Positions 1 through 10,582 of a stretch of 64,000 bases of DNA are shown here, in pieces (position 1 is the stretch's first letter; the number at the start of each line of letters is the position of its first letter). Made by a program: the position numbers and the translations under genes. This DNA comes from Minutocellus sp. GHC0000111 (lineage: Eukaryota): NCBI GenBank assembly GCA_977018835.1, contig OZ361258.1, positions 806,001 through 870,000 of the forward strand, read 5' to 3'. Below the pieces are notes generated by a model. The model was given only the letters and a program-made list of their open reading frames with translations. It was not told the origin of the DNA and did not search any database.

Positions 1-2
1 GC

Positions 3-449
3 TCGGTAGACATCTTTGGCTACCAGAAACTTTCTGGAGACATTACTCGAGCTACCGGTAGTCATAATCTCTTGCTCATTAATGTTTCTGATGAGGGCAA
101 TGAAGACCTGCGCTTTGGTTCCAACGAGCTTGATCTGTACACTATCAATCCGAACGCAAGTGGCGGTATTTCGTGCACTCGACTGTTCTTTTCCTACTCC
201 GAAACACCTCTTGGGATCACGGCCAGCCCGTGGTCGGTTGTGGCAGGATGCGGAGGAAAGCAAAAGACGCTGGGCGAATTACTAGACGAGGCCGGAGGTG
301 GCATGAGAATTGAGGAGCTCTATGAAGAGCGCGCCTTTGGCACTTGGAAGGATATTTGTAAGCTGCGAGTCTGGGACTTTACAAAGGGTGCAGTTCCTCT
401 CCTTTATGATGCGTTTGCAGGCAATCTTGGTAGCGCCTCGACTGACTGA
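3..449 (+). CDS. 3' end of a gene running in from the left edge; unknown protein, possibly WD40-like
   Basis: Frame is open from base 3 to TGA at 447-449; the end includes KLRVWDF, a WD40-like strand. Confidence 0.45.
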   Translation, partial: SVDIFGYQKLSGDITRATGSHNLLLINVSDEGNEDLRFGSNELDLYTINPNASGGISCTRLFFSYSETPLGITASPWSVVAGCGGKQKTLGELLDEAGGGMRIEELYEERAFGTWKDICKLRVWDFTKGAVPLLYDAFAGNLGSASTD

Positions 450-1060
450 AGTAAGTTATTGGCTCGGTCTGAGCTTAGTTTGAGTAGAGTGATATAAACA
501 TGATGGAAACCCGCTGAGTCGAAGGGTCAAACCTTCAAACCTTCGGAATTCGGATTCACCATCAACCATGTTGATTTGATTTGAAGACAATCACGTTCGA
601 TGTGTGCATTGTTATTTATATTCGAGAGAAGACAGAAGAAGAAAAGATGTGAAAGTATGGTTGATAAACGAAGAAATGAAGTGAGATGAGATTACCGGCG
701 TTATCATCTGAATTGCGGCAGTTGATGCGCTACATACGTAGGTTCTGTCGCTAAAGTAAGTAGAAAATAGATATGAGGTATGTTCTATCTATTCACAGTT
801 ATGGTTTTTCTATCTACAATATCGGCAACATTGAAAGAACACTATCTCCCTACTTCTCCCCTCGGTGATGATTGCCTCCTCGTTTCTTCTGGGTCGTCTC
901 TTCTCTCGTTGTAGATTTAGACTGGCTGTTTTTTGGATCCCCTGGTGAATTCCCAGAGAGGAGGAGGCTTGCTTGACGGATTTGTACAAATAGGATGCGG
1001 CGGTGGAGTGAATATCGAGTGATTTCTTGGTGGTTGCGGAAACGGCAAATCATCGGAATA

Positions 1061-1818
1061 TATATGTTAGTCCCAAAATGCGCACTGTCCCAGTTCGCGA
1101 ACTGGGATCCCAGTTTGCGAACTGAGATTCATTTATCCCAGTTTGCGCACTGGGCCCCAGTTCCCAAACTAGGATCTCAGTTTGCGCACTGATACTACCA
1201 GAATGGAAACTGAGATAAACACGCCAATCCGAATTTGGGAACCAGTCGAGTTCGCGAACTGGAACAAAAATGAATACCAGTTTGGAAACTGGCATTCTCG
1301 GCAAGTATCAGAATGGTAACTGCCGGTGTTGGCTCATGCACAATGATTATGTACTGGTAGATCTATCTACAATACAAGTTGCACTGTGCATCATATCTTG
1401 AATTTGCAAGCTACATGTACTGGTACAGTAGCAACATGATGCCGGCATAGCACAGATGCATGTACAGTTCATGACTTATATTTGCCAGAAGCAGCTAGCT
1501 AGATATTATTATTTATTCACTATATGTATTTAGTATCAGCTAATGCCAATTTATTGAGTATCAGCTCCGGCACTAATGTCGTCTGGACGTCTGGACCAGG
1601 TTTGGGCTGTGTTGCTTCACTATGAAAAAATGAAGCGAGGAGAAGCAAAGGCGATATCATCCATGCTAAATATTCATTATTTCTCAATTGATCCCAGTTT
1701 GCAAACTGAGATTGTGCCTATGATCCCAGTTTCCAAACTGGGATAAATAAATCCTAGTTCGCAAACTGGGATCCCAGTTCGCAAACTGGGACAGTGCGCA
1801 TTTTGGGACTAACATATA
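1061..1818. mobile_element. MITE / non-autonomous DNA transposon with ~90-bp terminal inverted repeats and subterminal palindromic repeats
   Basis: Left end TATATGTTAGTCCCAAAATGCGCACTGTCCCAGTT.GCGAACTGGGATCCCAGTTTGCGAACT (from 1061) is the reverse complement of the segment ending at 1818. TA on both flanks fits a TA target-site duplication. The interior is AT-rich with no transposase. Confidence 0.85.
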
Positions 1819-1915
1819 CAAAAAATTTGACGAGTGGATATGATCAGGCCGTCCCCATGTGAGTTGCGAGTGAGTGGTGACACGGAGTTGTGGATGTGCT
1901 ACACAAATACCCAAC

Positions 1916-2929
1916 CTACGACGAGCTCTTGTCGGCGGTGAGGAGCCACATACCAACGTGTCCAGGGACGATCGTCTGGTAGGTGTAGTCGACAAAGCCG
2001 GGCAGGCCCTCCATCTGCTGATGAATGTTCTTCTTGTACTCGAGGACGTAGGGCTCTCCAGACAGCATGGCTGGGCTTGGGTCGTAATCGGAGGCAATAT
2101 CGATGATGGCCAGCTGACCTCCGTCGGCGAGGATGCGGTGAGCCTCGGAGGCGATGCGGCTGCGGGCAAGAAGGGGCACTTCATGGAATCCGTACATGAT
2201 GGTGACAAGGTCAAACGAATCATCCTCGAAGACAGTCTTCTCGGCATTGCCCTGGGCATAGACTGGGCGGTTGGACCAGCCAAGACGATTCTTCACCAGA
2301 TTGGAACGGTCGACGAGCGACATGAAGAAGGAGAGAGTATCAGTCCGTAGCTCGGAGAAGATTCTGGCAACGTCACGGACGCCAATAACATGGTTGGTCA
2401 GCCACCGGGCCATGCTGATCATCTCGGGGCTGGTGTCAACGCCGACGATGGTCTCGGCATCGGGGAAGGCCTTCTGAAGGGCACGGGTGGAGATACCAAC
2501 TCCGCTGCATAGGTCGCAGATTCTGGCGCCGTGGCTCTTGGTCGGACCAAGGACGTCCTTGGACAGCTGGTGCGATACCATGGTCCGAACATCCTCGCCC
2601 TCGTATGCGGCATCATCGATGGCACGGGTGGCAAAGGGGGCGACGAAGGCGTGGAGTCCACCGAGGAAACCGGTGTTGCCAAAGACGTGGATGCGGTTGT
2701 CGAACCAGTAGAAGTAGTGGTCCTCGTCAGGGGGCAGATACGATGCATCATCGACGACGTTGATAGGAGGACGAGGCAGCTGCTGCGTGAGGGACTTTTC
2801 GACGACGCCCTTGTACGCCTGCTGGGATTTGGTGTCGACCTGGAAGGCATCGGCGGTGCTAATGAGGGTACTGCCAGCAAAGGCAACAGTGGCCAGAACA
2901 ACGAGCTGGTTGGAGACGGAGAATCTCAT
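1916..2929 (-). CDS. Class I SAM-dependent methyltransferase (UbiE/MenG-like), probably plastid-targeted
   Basis: Motifs ICDLCSGVG, VGVDTSPEM, GNAE..FEDDSFDLV, L..GG.L.I.D; N-terminal signal peptide followed by ADAF. Confidence 0.85.
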   Translation of the reverse strand: MRFSVSNQLVVLATVAFAGSTLISTADAFQVDTKSQQAYKGVVEKSLTQQLPRPPINVVDDASYLPPDEDHYFYWFDNRIHVFGNTGFLGGLHAFVAPFATRAIDDAAYEGEDVRTMVSHQLSKDVLGPTKSHGARICDLCSGVGISTRALQKAFPDAETIVGVDTSPEMISMARWLTNHVIGVRDVARIFSELRTDTLSFFMSLVDRSNLVKNRLGWSNRPVYAQGNAEKTVFEDDSFDLVTIMYGFHEVPLLARSRIASEAHRILADGGQLAIIDIASDYDPSPAMLSGEPYVLEYKKNIHQQMEGLPGFVDYTYQTIVPGHVGMWLLTADKSSS

Positions 2930-4458
2930 ATTTTACAATGACGGAGGGTGGTTGAAGTTTTACTGTGCGTGTCGGGGATGCGGCGTGTCTATTGTTTATT
3001 GACAAATGTTCGGAGGGGATTGGTTGCGGCGTACGATACGAGGCAAGGGGATGTGGGTGGGACGATAATGTATTCATGAGGAGAACATGGTATTAGTCAA
3101 AGCTTATCAATAAACGACTCCGCTGGAGGGGACCGATGGATGCAAAATGGGCTTGTCCGCTGATTTGACGCCAAGAGTGCCAATGCTGATGGCAGTTCGC
3201 ATTGCTGCTGCCTGCGTGTCCGGGCGGAGCCGCCACGCTGCGGCACAAAAGATACGGGATGGCCCGCAGAGGCCATCTGCCGTATCCAAGACGCCACGAA
3301 CATCGGTCGCATTCGCGCTTCCGGTCGTCATTGGGCACTCAGACGACGTGAATCAGATATTCAGCCACGACAAAAAGTACCTCTGAACCGAGAATGCTGC
3401 CGCCGAAAATAACCCATTTGGAAAGTGCCGCCGCCGCTCATTCTCGCTTCGCGCGGCCGACCTCCACCTGTCCATCGCGACTCGCCCCGCGTATCTCGCA
3501 AAACATCCATCATTCTCACCTGACTTTGTTTGCAGAAGCAACGCCGAAAAGTTATTTGAGGTTGCAAATAAAACGGTATTTTCGAATTGAGAATGTGGAG
3601 GCACCGACCCATCAAGCCAAGGCAGGAGCAGAACCGCAGAAAAACCAATGCAGACCGAACCGCGCGCCCTCTGACGCGGCGACATAATTGTTCGGTGGAC
3701 AAATTTCGGCTTCTTGCCATCAACGCCGTCGCGCGTCACGACTATGGGCTGCTTGACGTGGCACTATGCCACTCCATCGGACGAGACAGCGCAATCGGAA
3801 AGCAGAATTTGCAAGTGTGACATGCGATAACCCGGAGCGACCGAGGTTGAAGATGTATCCTTCGCTTCTTCAACGCATGCGTTGCCCGTGGAGATACGGC
3901 CGGGGGACTCCGGGCCATGGGCCGATCGATTGCTATATCAGTGGCATGGCCATTTGCCATCGCACGAAGTCAATGGTAAGTGCTTGGGGCGGAGGCGTTG
4001 GAAACTTGCTCGGCGCTCGGTTTTTTGTTGACTGATCGACACGAGAGAAGTGACGAAAGTAGGCCGTTGAGTCACATGTGTTGCGATGCGTTCTGCTTGG
4101 GAGATCGATGCGCCGGCGTCTACTCAAGTCATCGATGGATGTATCGATATCACTTGATGTAAGGCAAGGGCCTTGGCCCGGGGTTGGGCGGTCCTCCTTT
4201 GTGGGCGAGGAGGGCGGTCACGACATCATGCAATGTTGTTGAAATACCGCAGGAAAGTGTGAGCTGACCGGAAACTGCATGCATCATGCAGTAGGCCTAC
4301 CTAGGTAAGTGCGCCATGGGGCGGGGTGCGACGGTCAGGCCATCAATCTCGCTCGCTATCGGCCGGCAACCGGCAACCTCACTTCGAAGACAAGTCGTGG
4401 GCGGATAGAAGCTCAGCGCAGCGGCCACCCATCTAACCACACGCCATCGTCACGCACG

Positions 4459-5226
4459 ATGCCTCGCTTCTTCGACGACTACTCCAACACTTATTTGACG
4501 CATGATTCCGCCGCTGGACGGAAGCAGCAGCGTCGTGGATGGAAGTTCCGGGAGAACTTCAAACTCCACTACGAGAAGCATCTGGACGAGTGGCGTTCCG
4601 GTCCCATGGGGCTGGCGGCGGCCCAGCAGGCCTACATCCGGACCAACCCCGAGGTACCGCCGCTGCCGCCGGGTTGGAGAGAGGAGGACGATGAGGTGAC
4701 CCGGGCCAAGTTTTACACCAACGACGAGACGGGGGAGAGGACGTGGGTCCGGCCGGGCTTTACGCCCCCTCCCGCCGCTGGTGGTGGTGGCATGGGTATG
4801 GGCATGGGTATGGGCGGTGCACCGCCCAGAAACATGGGCATGATGGGCGGCGGTGGTGGACGGCCGGGCATGGGCATGGGACCTGGAGGGCCTGGCCCAA
4901 TGATGGGCAATCGCGGAGGACCACCGGGACCGCCTCCTCCTGGACCGATGGGCGGACCGGGAGGACACTTCAATAATCGCGGACCACCACCAGGATTCAA
5001 CAATCCCAATCCGCCTGGACCTCCTCCGGGCGTGCGAGCGGGATTGCCGCCGCCACCTCTGCCAGCTCAGGGATTCAATCCCAACCTTCCCCCGCCCCCT
5101 GGCTCTGGCAATCCAAACCTGCCCCCTCCGCCAGGATCGAACAATCCCAATCTTCCCCCGCCCCCTGGTGCACCGGGACTTCCTCCACCGCCACCGGCAG
5201 GCTCGTTCCCTCCTCCTCCGAGGTAA
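4459..5226 (+). CDS. SNRPC: U1 snRNP protein C homolog with degenerate zinc finger, WW domain and Pro/Gly/Met-rich tail
   Basis: [35 protein letters not shown] aligns without gaps to U1-C [35 protein letters not shown]. WW motif LPPGW...[15 protein letters not shown] follows. Confidence 0.85.
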   Translation: MPRFFDDYSNTYLTHDSAAGRKQQRRGWKFRENFKLHYEKHLDEWRSGPMGLAAAQQAYIRTNPEVPPLPPGWREEDDEVTRAKFYTNDETGERTWVRPGFTPPPAAGGGGMGMGMGMGGAPPRNMGMMGGGGGRPGMGMGPGGPGPMMGNRGGPPGPPPPGPMGGPGGHFNNRGPPPGFNNPNPPGPPPGVRAGLPPPPLPAQGFNPNLPPPPGSGNPNLPPPPGSNNPNLPPPPGAPGLPPPPPAGSFPPPPR

Positions 5227-5638
5227 TTTATTGATTTGTTTTTCCCTGCCGCTTCGGTGAGACCAGATCAGATATGGATTCATTCCGAAGGCCTTTCAGT
5301 AGCACGCACACTGGCATTCTTAATATGTCAATTATAATTTGGATGGTGTGTGGCCTCTTTCTCAAGGCCCTTCTTTCTGTGCTCTTTCGTTATGGCGGTG
5401 ATCGGTGAAATTAATCGGCCATACACATACAAAGGAATTTTACAGTTGGTTGATGATGCACACACAAACTCGAGCACAGCAGGTCTGCTGAACTGAAATT
5501 TTGTTTCGACCGTGGAAGCGAATGGGAATGAAAATTGCACTCCATCCATATTTCACGGCACAGAATACTCATCCCACACTCCATATATGTGTTGAGCTGC
5601 TGCTGGTTCATTTACTTGCCCAAACAAGGGACCAAATA

Positions 5639-7390
5639 ATGATCTCCTGGAACTTCTTCTTGTTATTGACAACGGGTGTAGCCGTCGGGGTTGCTGAGGT
5701 TCTTCTAGTAGAAACGAATTCTACCGCTGATACGACAGCTCTTGCCATCAATGCGACAAACAGCAGCTCCAATGCTTCAAGCATTTCCCCTGCCAATGAC
5801 ACCTTACTTTTCGCTCCGAGCGACGTCTCCATAACTGATCTAGCGCCAAAGATGCCAACAAACTCCGGTGATAACGTCACAAGCGTCGCTACTAACAATA
5901 CCAACTCGACTCGTACTGCCCCAAGACAACACATCAATCGAAATTGGATCGAGGTTGTTTCACCTGCAGATCTCAGCACAATCATTGAAGAGGATCCAAA
6001 CAAGGTCCTCTCAACAAGGGAGGTCGACCCATTTTACTTCACATCTGAGCCATCTTTGGCTCCGAGCTCGCATCCCTCTGCAGAACCTTCACTTCTACCG
6101 ACTTCCCGGCCGACTCCTCGCCCAACAATATGGAGAGAGACATCCGAGCCACGCAATGCTGGCGAGACCTACTTTGATTATAGCCCCGAGAAAAGTTCTC
6201 GGTATGGTCCTGGCCAAAAGGAGATTTATGAGGTCAAGAAGGATGGATCTACCAAAATTATATACGAAAGCAACAACTGGGAGAAGATTAAGAATAGTCC
6301 AGAGGAAGTATACTGGAGGCCACTTCAGAAGGATATCAAGTTCGACCTGAGCAAGAACTCGTGTGGTAGCAAAAGCCGCTTCCAGAGTCCGATTGATATC
6401 TGGCCAACAGATAATGCCGAATATGAGGAGCACCATCAAATTCGCCATCGTCCTGGTGACTTTCGAATCGATGGCGACTTGATAATAAAGCAAATCCTCC
6501 CATCTAAGCTGAGGCTCGTCTTCCCCAGGAGAGTTGGAGAGGAGCCTGATCCTCCCTTTGCGGTAAGTAACTTGTGGTAAATAGGAGGTATGCTTGTCTC
6601 ATGTGAAATGAAATTAATTAACGGTATACCCTGCATGTCTAAAATATTTCCTCCATTTTTTTCCCTTGTGCACTGGTAGGATTTTCCCAACGGATGGGGA
6701 GCTGCCGTTGATGCCCTGCATGCTGATTTCAAGATCCCTTCGGAGCACTGGATAAAAGGCAGACAATTTGCCGCCGAATATCAGCTTTACCATCTTCATC
6801 GCGAACGAGATCGGGCCCCAGTCATAAGCGTTATGATTGACTTACATCCGGACGACGAGCCAAATCTCCATCTACAAAAGGCATTGGACGAATTTCAGAA
6901 GGTCTTTGATGCTGATGAACAGGAATGCGAGGAGGAGAGGAGGAGATCTACTAGGAAACTTGGAGGCTTTAGCAATTCTTCAGCATTTTTGTCCACGTCT
7001 TTTCATCGCAATGCTCAGGCTGCAACGACAAGAAAGGTTTGGGACCCCTACCATCCTGACCTAATGCGCAGCATTCATTTTTATGGTTATAGCGGCAGCC
7101 TCACGGAACCACCTTGTACCGAGTTTTGTGAATGGCGTATTCTTGATACGCCAATGCAAATTTCTTCAGCTCAGCTTTTACAGATGAAGATTCTGTTGTT
7201 CAATCACGTGGACAAGAAATGCAGACTAACCAGCAACCACTACGAGGGGAGCGTTGCGAGGCCAATCCAGGATTCCAGTAGAAGAGCCATTTATCAGTGC
7301 ACTTGTCGAGACTACTTGGCCGATTCAGATGATAGGAAGAAGTGCTCCAAGCGAGAGTTTAGATTGCAGCGGAAGGGACTGGAGCAATAA
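5639..7390 (+). CDS. Secreted alpha-carbonic-anhydrase-like protein; exons 5639-6562 and 6680-7390
   Basis: Signal peptide, Ser/Pro/Thr mucin-like linker, QSPIDI, PSEH.I.G, YSGSLTEPPC.E.C.W, ARPIQ. A GTAAGT...TAG intron at 6563-6679 joins the two ORFs in frame. Confidence 0.85.
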
Positions 7391-7594
7391 GCAAAGTCGA
7401 GAGAAAATACGATCGATTTTTCATACATTCTTGTAATCAGTCTCATCAATCAGTCTACTCTCTGCCTACTAGCTACGTAGTAATCAATAACCAAATAGCT
7501 AGTTTCTGGTGTTTCTTAGGTTATCGCTGCTGCAACATTTTACTTGCTACTATCTCTGTCTCTATATCTCGAACAATGCTATTGGTACACTCTG

Positions 7595-8446
7595 TTATCT
7601 GGAAAGGCCAAGGCGAAGAGCGAAAGTGGGGCCAGTAGATCTCGAGTTGGCAAACACGGAATCGTAGTGGACGGGATGCTCGAGGGTTCCCGTGGTGGGG
7701 TCGAGGATCATATCATCCTCCTCCGTAGCGTTCTTCCAGTCGTATCCATCCCAGGCATACTCCTTCTTGGACAGCTTCTTGTGAGCACGGACCTCCTGCC
7801 GGCTCTTCCAGGTGGCTTGCCAGACGTCGTCCGGGAAGTCCTCGATGGAGGGTACCTTGAAGACGGTGACGGTATCGTCAAAGGTGATCCTCGAGGAAGA
7901 GGTCGACGAGGACGATGCGCTTGACGAGAGGGAGGAGGATGACGAGGTCGATGCCGTCGAGGCAGTCGACGCATCGCTTCCCCTGCGGATGGCCTTGCTG
8001 CACAGTGCCGAAACGGCAATGGCATCGACCAGCTGCGTGTCTCCGTTCTGTTCCGAAGAGGCGTCGCTGGCAGATAGATCGAACTCAAAGGCGGTCTTGG
8101 CTGCCTTGCTGCTGCGGCTGCCCGATCGGCCAAGAAAGAAGCGATGACGACGGCGCTTGCTGGTGCTGCGGCGGGCCTCCTCCAGTTCGAGGACACGGTA
8201 GTACTCGTTGCACTGGTCGTAGGACATGCCTCCCGAGAAGACGATGGGCTGCTCGTCCGACAGGGACGTATCGAAGGGGAGGTAGAGGTTGTGGTACTTG
8301 TCGTTGGAGGCGGTCGTCTCAACCTCGTCCATGTCTTCGTCGTCACCCTGCTCTGATGGGCAAGAAGACATGCAGTCCTCCTGCGTCTCCGATGCGTCTT
8401 CGAAAGTAGCAAGTTCGGTCTCGGTAATGATCTGTTCCATAGTCAT
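7595..8446 (-). CDS. Hypothetical protein with a conserved-looking C-terminal domain (RITF...W...EY.WDG.DW.NATEE..M)
   Basis: Long ORF with coding-like codon use; ATG at 8446; acidic/Ser-rich N-terminus. Confidence 0.65.
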   Translation of the reverse strand: MTMEQIITETELATFEDASETQEDCMSSCPSEQGDDEDMDEVETTASNDKYHNLYLPFDTSLSDEQPIVFSGGMSYDQCNEYYRVLELEEARRSTSKRRRHRFFLGRSGSRSSKAAKTAFEFDLSASDASSEQNGDTQLVDAIAVSALCSKAIRRGSDASTASTASTSSSSSLSSSASSSSTSSSRITFDDTVTVFKVPSIEDFPDDVWQATWKSRQEVRAHKKLSKKEYAWDGYDWKNATEEDDMILDPTTGTLEHPVHYDSVFANSRSTGPTFALRLGLSR

Positions 8447-9081
8447 GATTTGGTGAGTTGACTTTGTGAAATGTGTTGTGATAGAAGAAGCAAAGCAATG
8501 GCTTTGGAGCAGAAGTAATGTAAAATCTGATGAGAGACGGTCGATCGTGGCTATGCGATCGAACCAGGTCCCTGAAAAGTGAAAGGACGCAAATGGACGA
8601 GAAGGCAAAGACAGAGCGAAGCTTCGTTGGTGGTCGTCGTGTCTGTCTAATCGTCAAGTTCTGGCGGAAAAGGTACTTTTGCGTGGGAATTGAATAGTGA
8701 AAGCTGGGGCCGACGATTTCTCGAGATTTCAGTATCTCTCTCTGAAGAAGAAATACTACGTAGTATGAAACAGATCCATTGTTGAACATCGGTCGAATCA
8801 GTCCAATGCCGTTTTGAGGTATGTCGAAAATCATCAGTAAACAGGCGGAAAATTTGTAATCGGAGCGTCAGCAAAAATGCCAGCACATAAGCAGCACAAC
8901 ATGGCCACGTTCACTTCCGGGTTCTCTTTTTTAATGATAAACCCGGACCGGAAAAATGAAGCGCCAAGACGCAAGCAAGGACGCGACGCAAGACGCAAGG
9001 TGCAAAGGCCCCGCATCCATCACATTCATGACTACTCGGCTGCACCAATAATAATACTGCCATCACCACCACCCACAATAC

Positions 9082-10421
9082 ATGCACCGCAAACGCTGCT
9101 GCTTCGCATCGTGCTCCTTCCTCGTCCTGTGGTTGCTCTGCGCCTTCGGCTGCTGCGTCTGCGCGACGACTGGTCTATCCCTCGGTAGTCCTCGGAGGAA
9201 CACCAACGGATCATGGGCAATGTCGCGCCGACGATCGCAGGGTCGAGGAGGCGGAGAGCTAGCATGGAGGGATATGAAATGATCGAGGAGCACCACCACA
9301 AACTTTTATCAACGTCCACAGAGCTTGCCATGAGCACGGTGAGGGGAGGTGGCAGCGGTGCCGCCGACGAGGAAGCTCAGTTGCAACCGGAGGATGACAA
9401 GAACAAACTGCGAGGGCGGATGATCCTCCTTCTCGTGGCCTTCCTCTACGGCACTCTCAATGTGGTGTTGAGGCAGGTATATGCCATGTCCGGCCCACCT
9501 TCGGCGTCCATGCTCAGCTCGACGAGAGGTTGGCTGGCAGCTCTGTGCTTCCTGCCGGCCATATCCAAAATACGGCAGGAGGTGGGCAAGACGGCCTCCG
9601 AGGGACGGGCGATTACTCCAGACGGAGACAAACAACCATCCCTAGTGAGAGTGGCCATTGAATTGGCCTTCTGGAACGCAGCCACGCAGGGACTTGTCAC
9701 TGTCGGTCTGCTCTTTACCGAATCAGCCCGCGCTAGCTTCCTCACTCAGACCAGCGTCGTTATTACCCCACTCATATCATCCCTGCAGGGAAATCGCGTT
9801 GGGAAGAATGTTTGGATGGGATGTGCAGCGGCTCTCGCTGGTCTTGCACTGTTATCAACCGACGGTGGGGATTCGGTTGCGGCATCGGCAGATGGCATCG
9901 CTGCAGGATTTTCTGGCCTTTCGTTCAGCGGAGGAGATCTGCTAGTACTGGGCGGAGCCGTGTGTTGGTCCATCTACATTGTTCGTACGGCAACGATTGG
10001 TGATCGATATCCAGAGGTGAGCCTACAGGCGGTCAAAACAGTAGCCCTAGCCATGATGTATACCTCGTGGCTCATCGTCTCTGCAATCACATGTTTCAAT
10101 ACCGGAGGCTGGGAAGCGGTCGCTGGGCTTTGGCTCGGATGGCAAAACCTCGGGGCTTGGGCGCTGTTGCTCTATTCTGCCATCGGTCCTGGTGCCTTGG
10201 CTGATGTCCTACAGCAAAATGGACAAAAGGAAGTAAGTGCCTCGGAAGCGAATGTGATTCTGTGCAGTGAGCCCATATTTACGGCAATCTTGGCATTTTT
10301 AATAGCGGGCGAAACGACCACTGCGACAGAGAACGCTGGCGGCGCCCTTGTTGTCTTGGCTGCTGTGTTATCGTCGATCTCACCCCCGTCAGATCACGGG
10401 GACGACGACGACGAGGCATAG
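9082..10421 (+). CDS. EamA/DMT-family transporter; the signal-peptide segment (9082-9282) is out of frame with the body (9213-10421)
   Basis: About 10 TM segments, SARASFLTQTSVVITP, GDLLVLGGA..WS.YI, Q..GQK.VSASEA.VI...EP. The upstream short ORF encodes a hydrophobic leader. Confidence 0.85.
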
Positions 10422-10582
10422 TAGGTGAGGCACCCGACTCTAACATCTCGCTGGCTACATTAGCCGGCAAGATATGGCTGTGACGACTGCGACCAATAGG
10501 TGTATGTAAGGTAGGTACTATTAAGAATATAAAAAGAAGAGTAATCAAATTGTATGTAGGCAACCTCAGTTTTACCGTAGCT

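Noticed and set aside
850..1053. 67-aa ORF abutting the MITE, possibly an interrupted gene
   Set aside because: No recognisable continuation on the other side of the element.
1089..1325. Palindromic repeat array resembling CRISPR
   Set aside because: Spacers are mostly only 1-14 bp and irregular, the array is mirrored in a TIR, there are no cas genes, and the context is eukaryotic.
3000..4400. Many short overlapping ORFs and possible RNA genes in the intergenic region
   Set aside because: No domain, codon bias, tRNA cloverleaf or snRNA signature that I can support.
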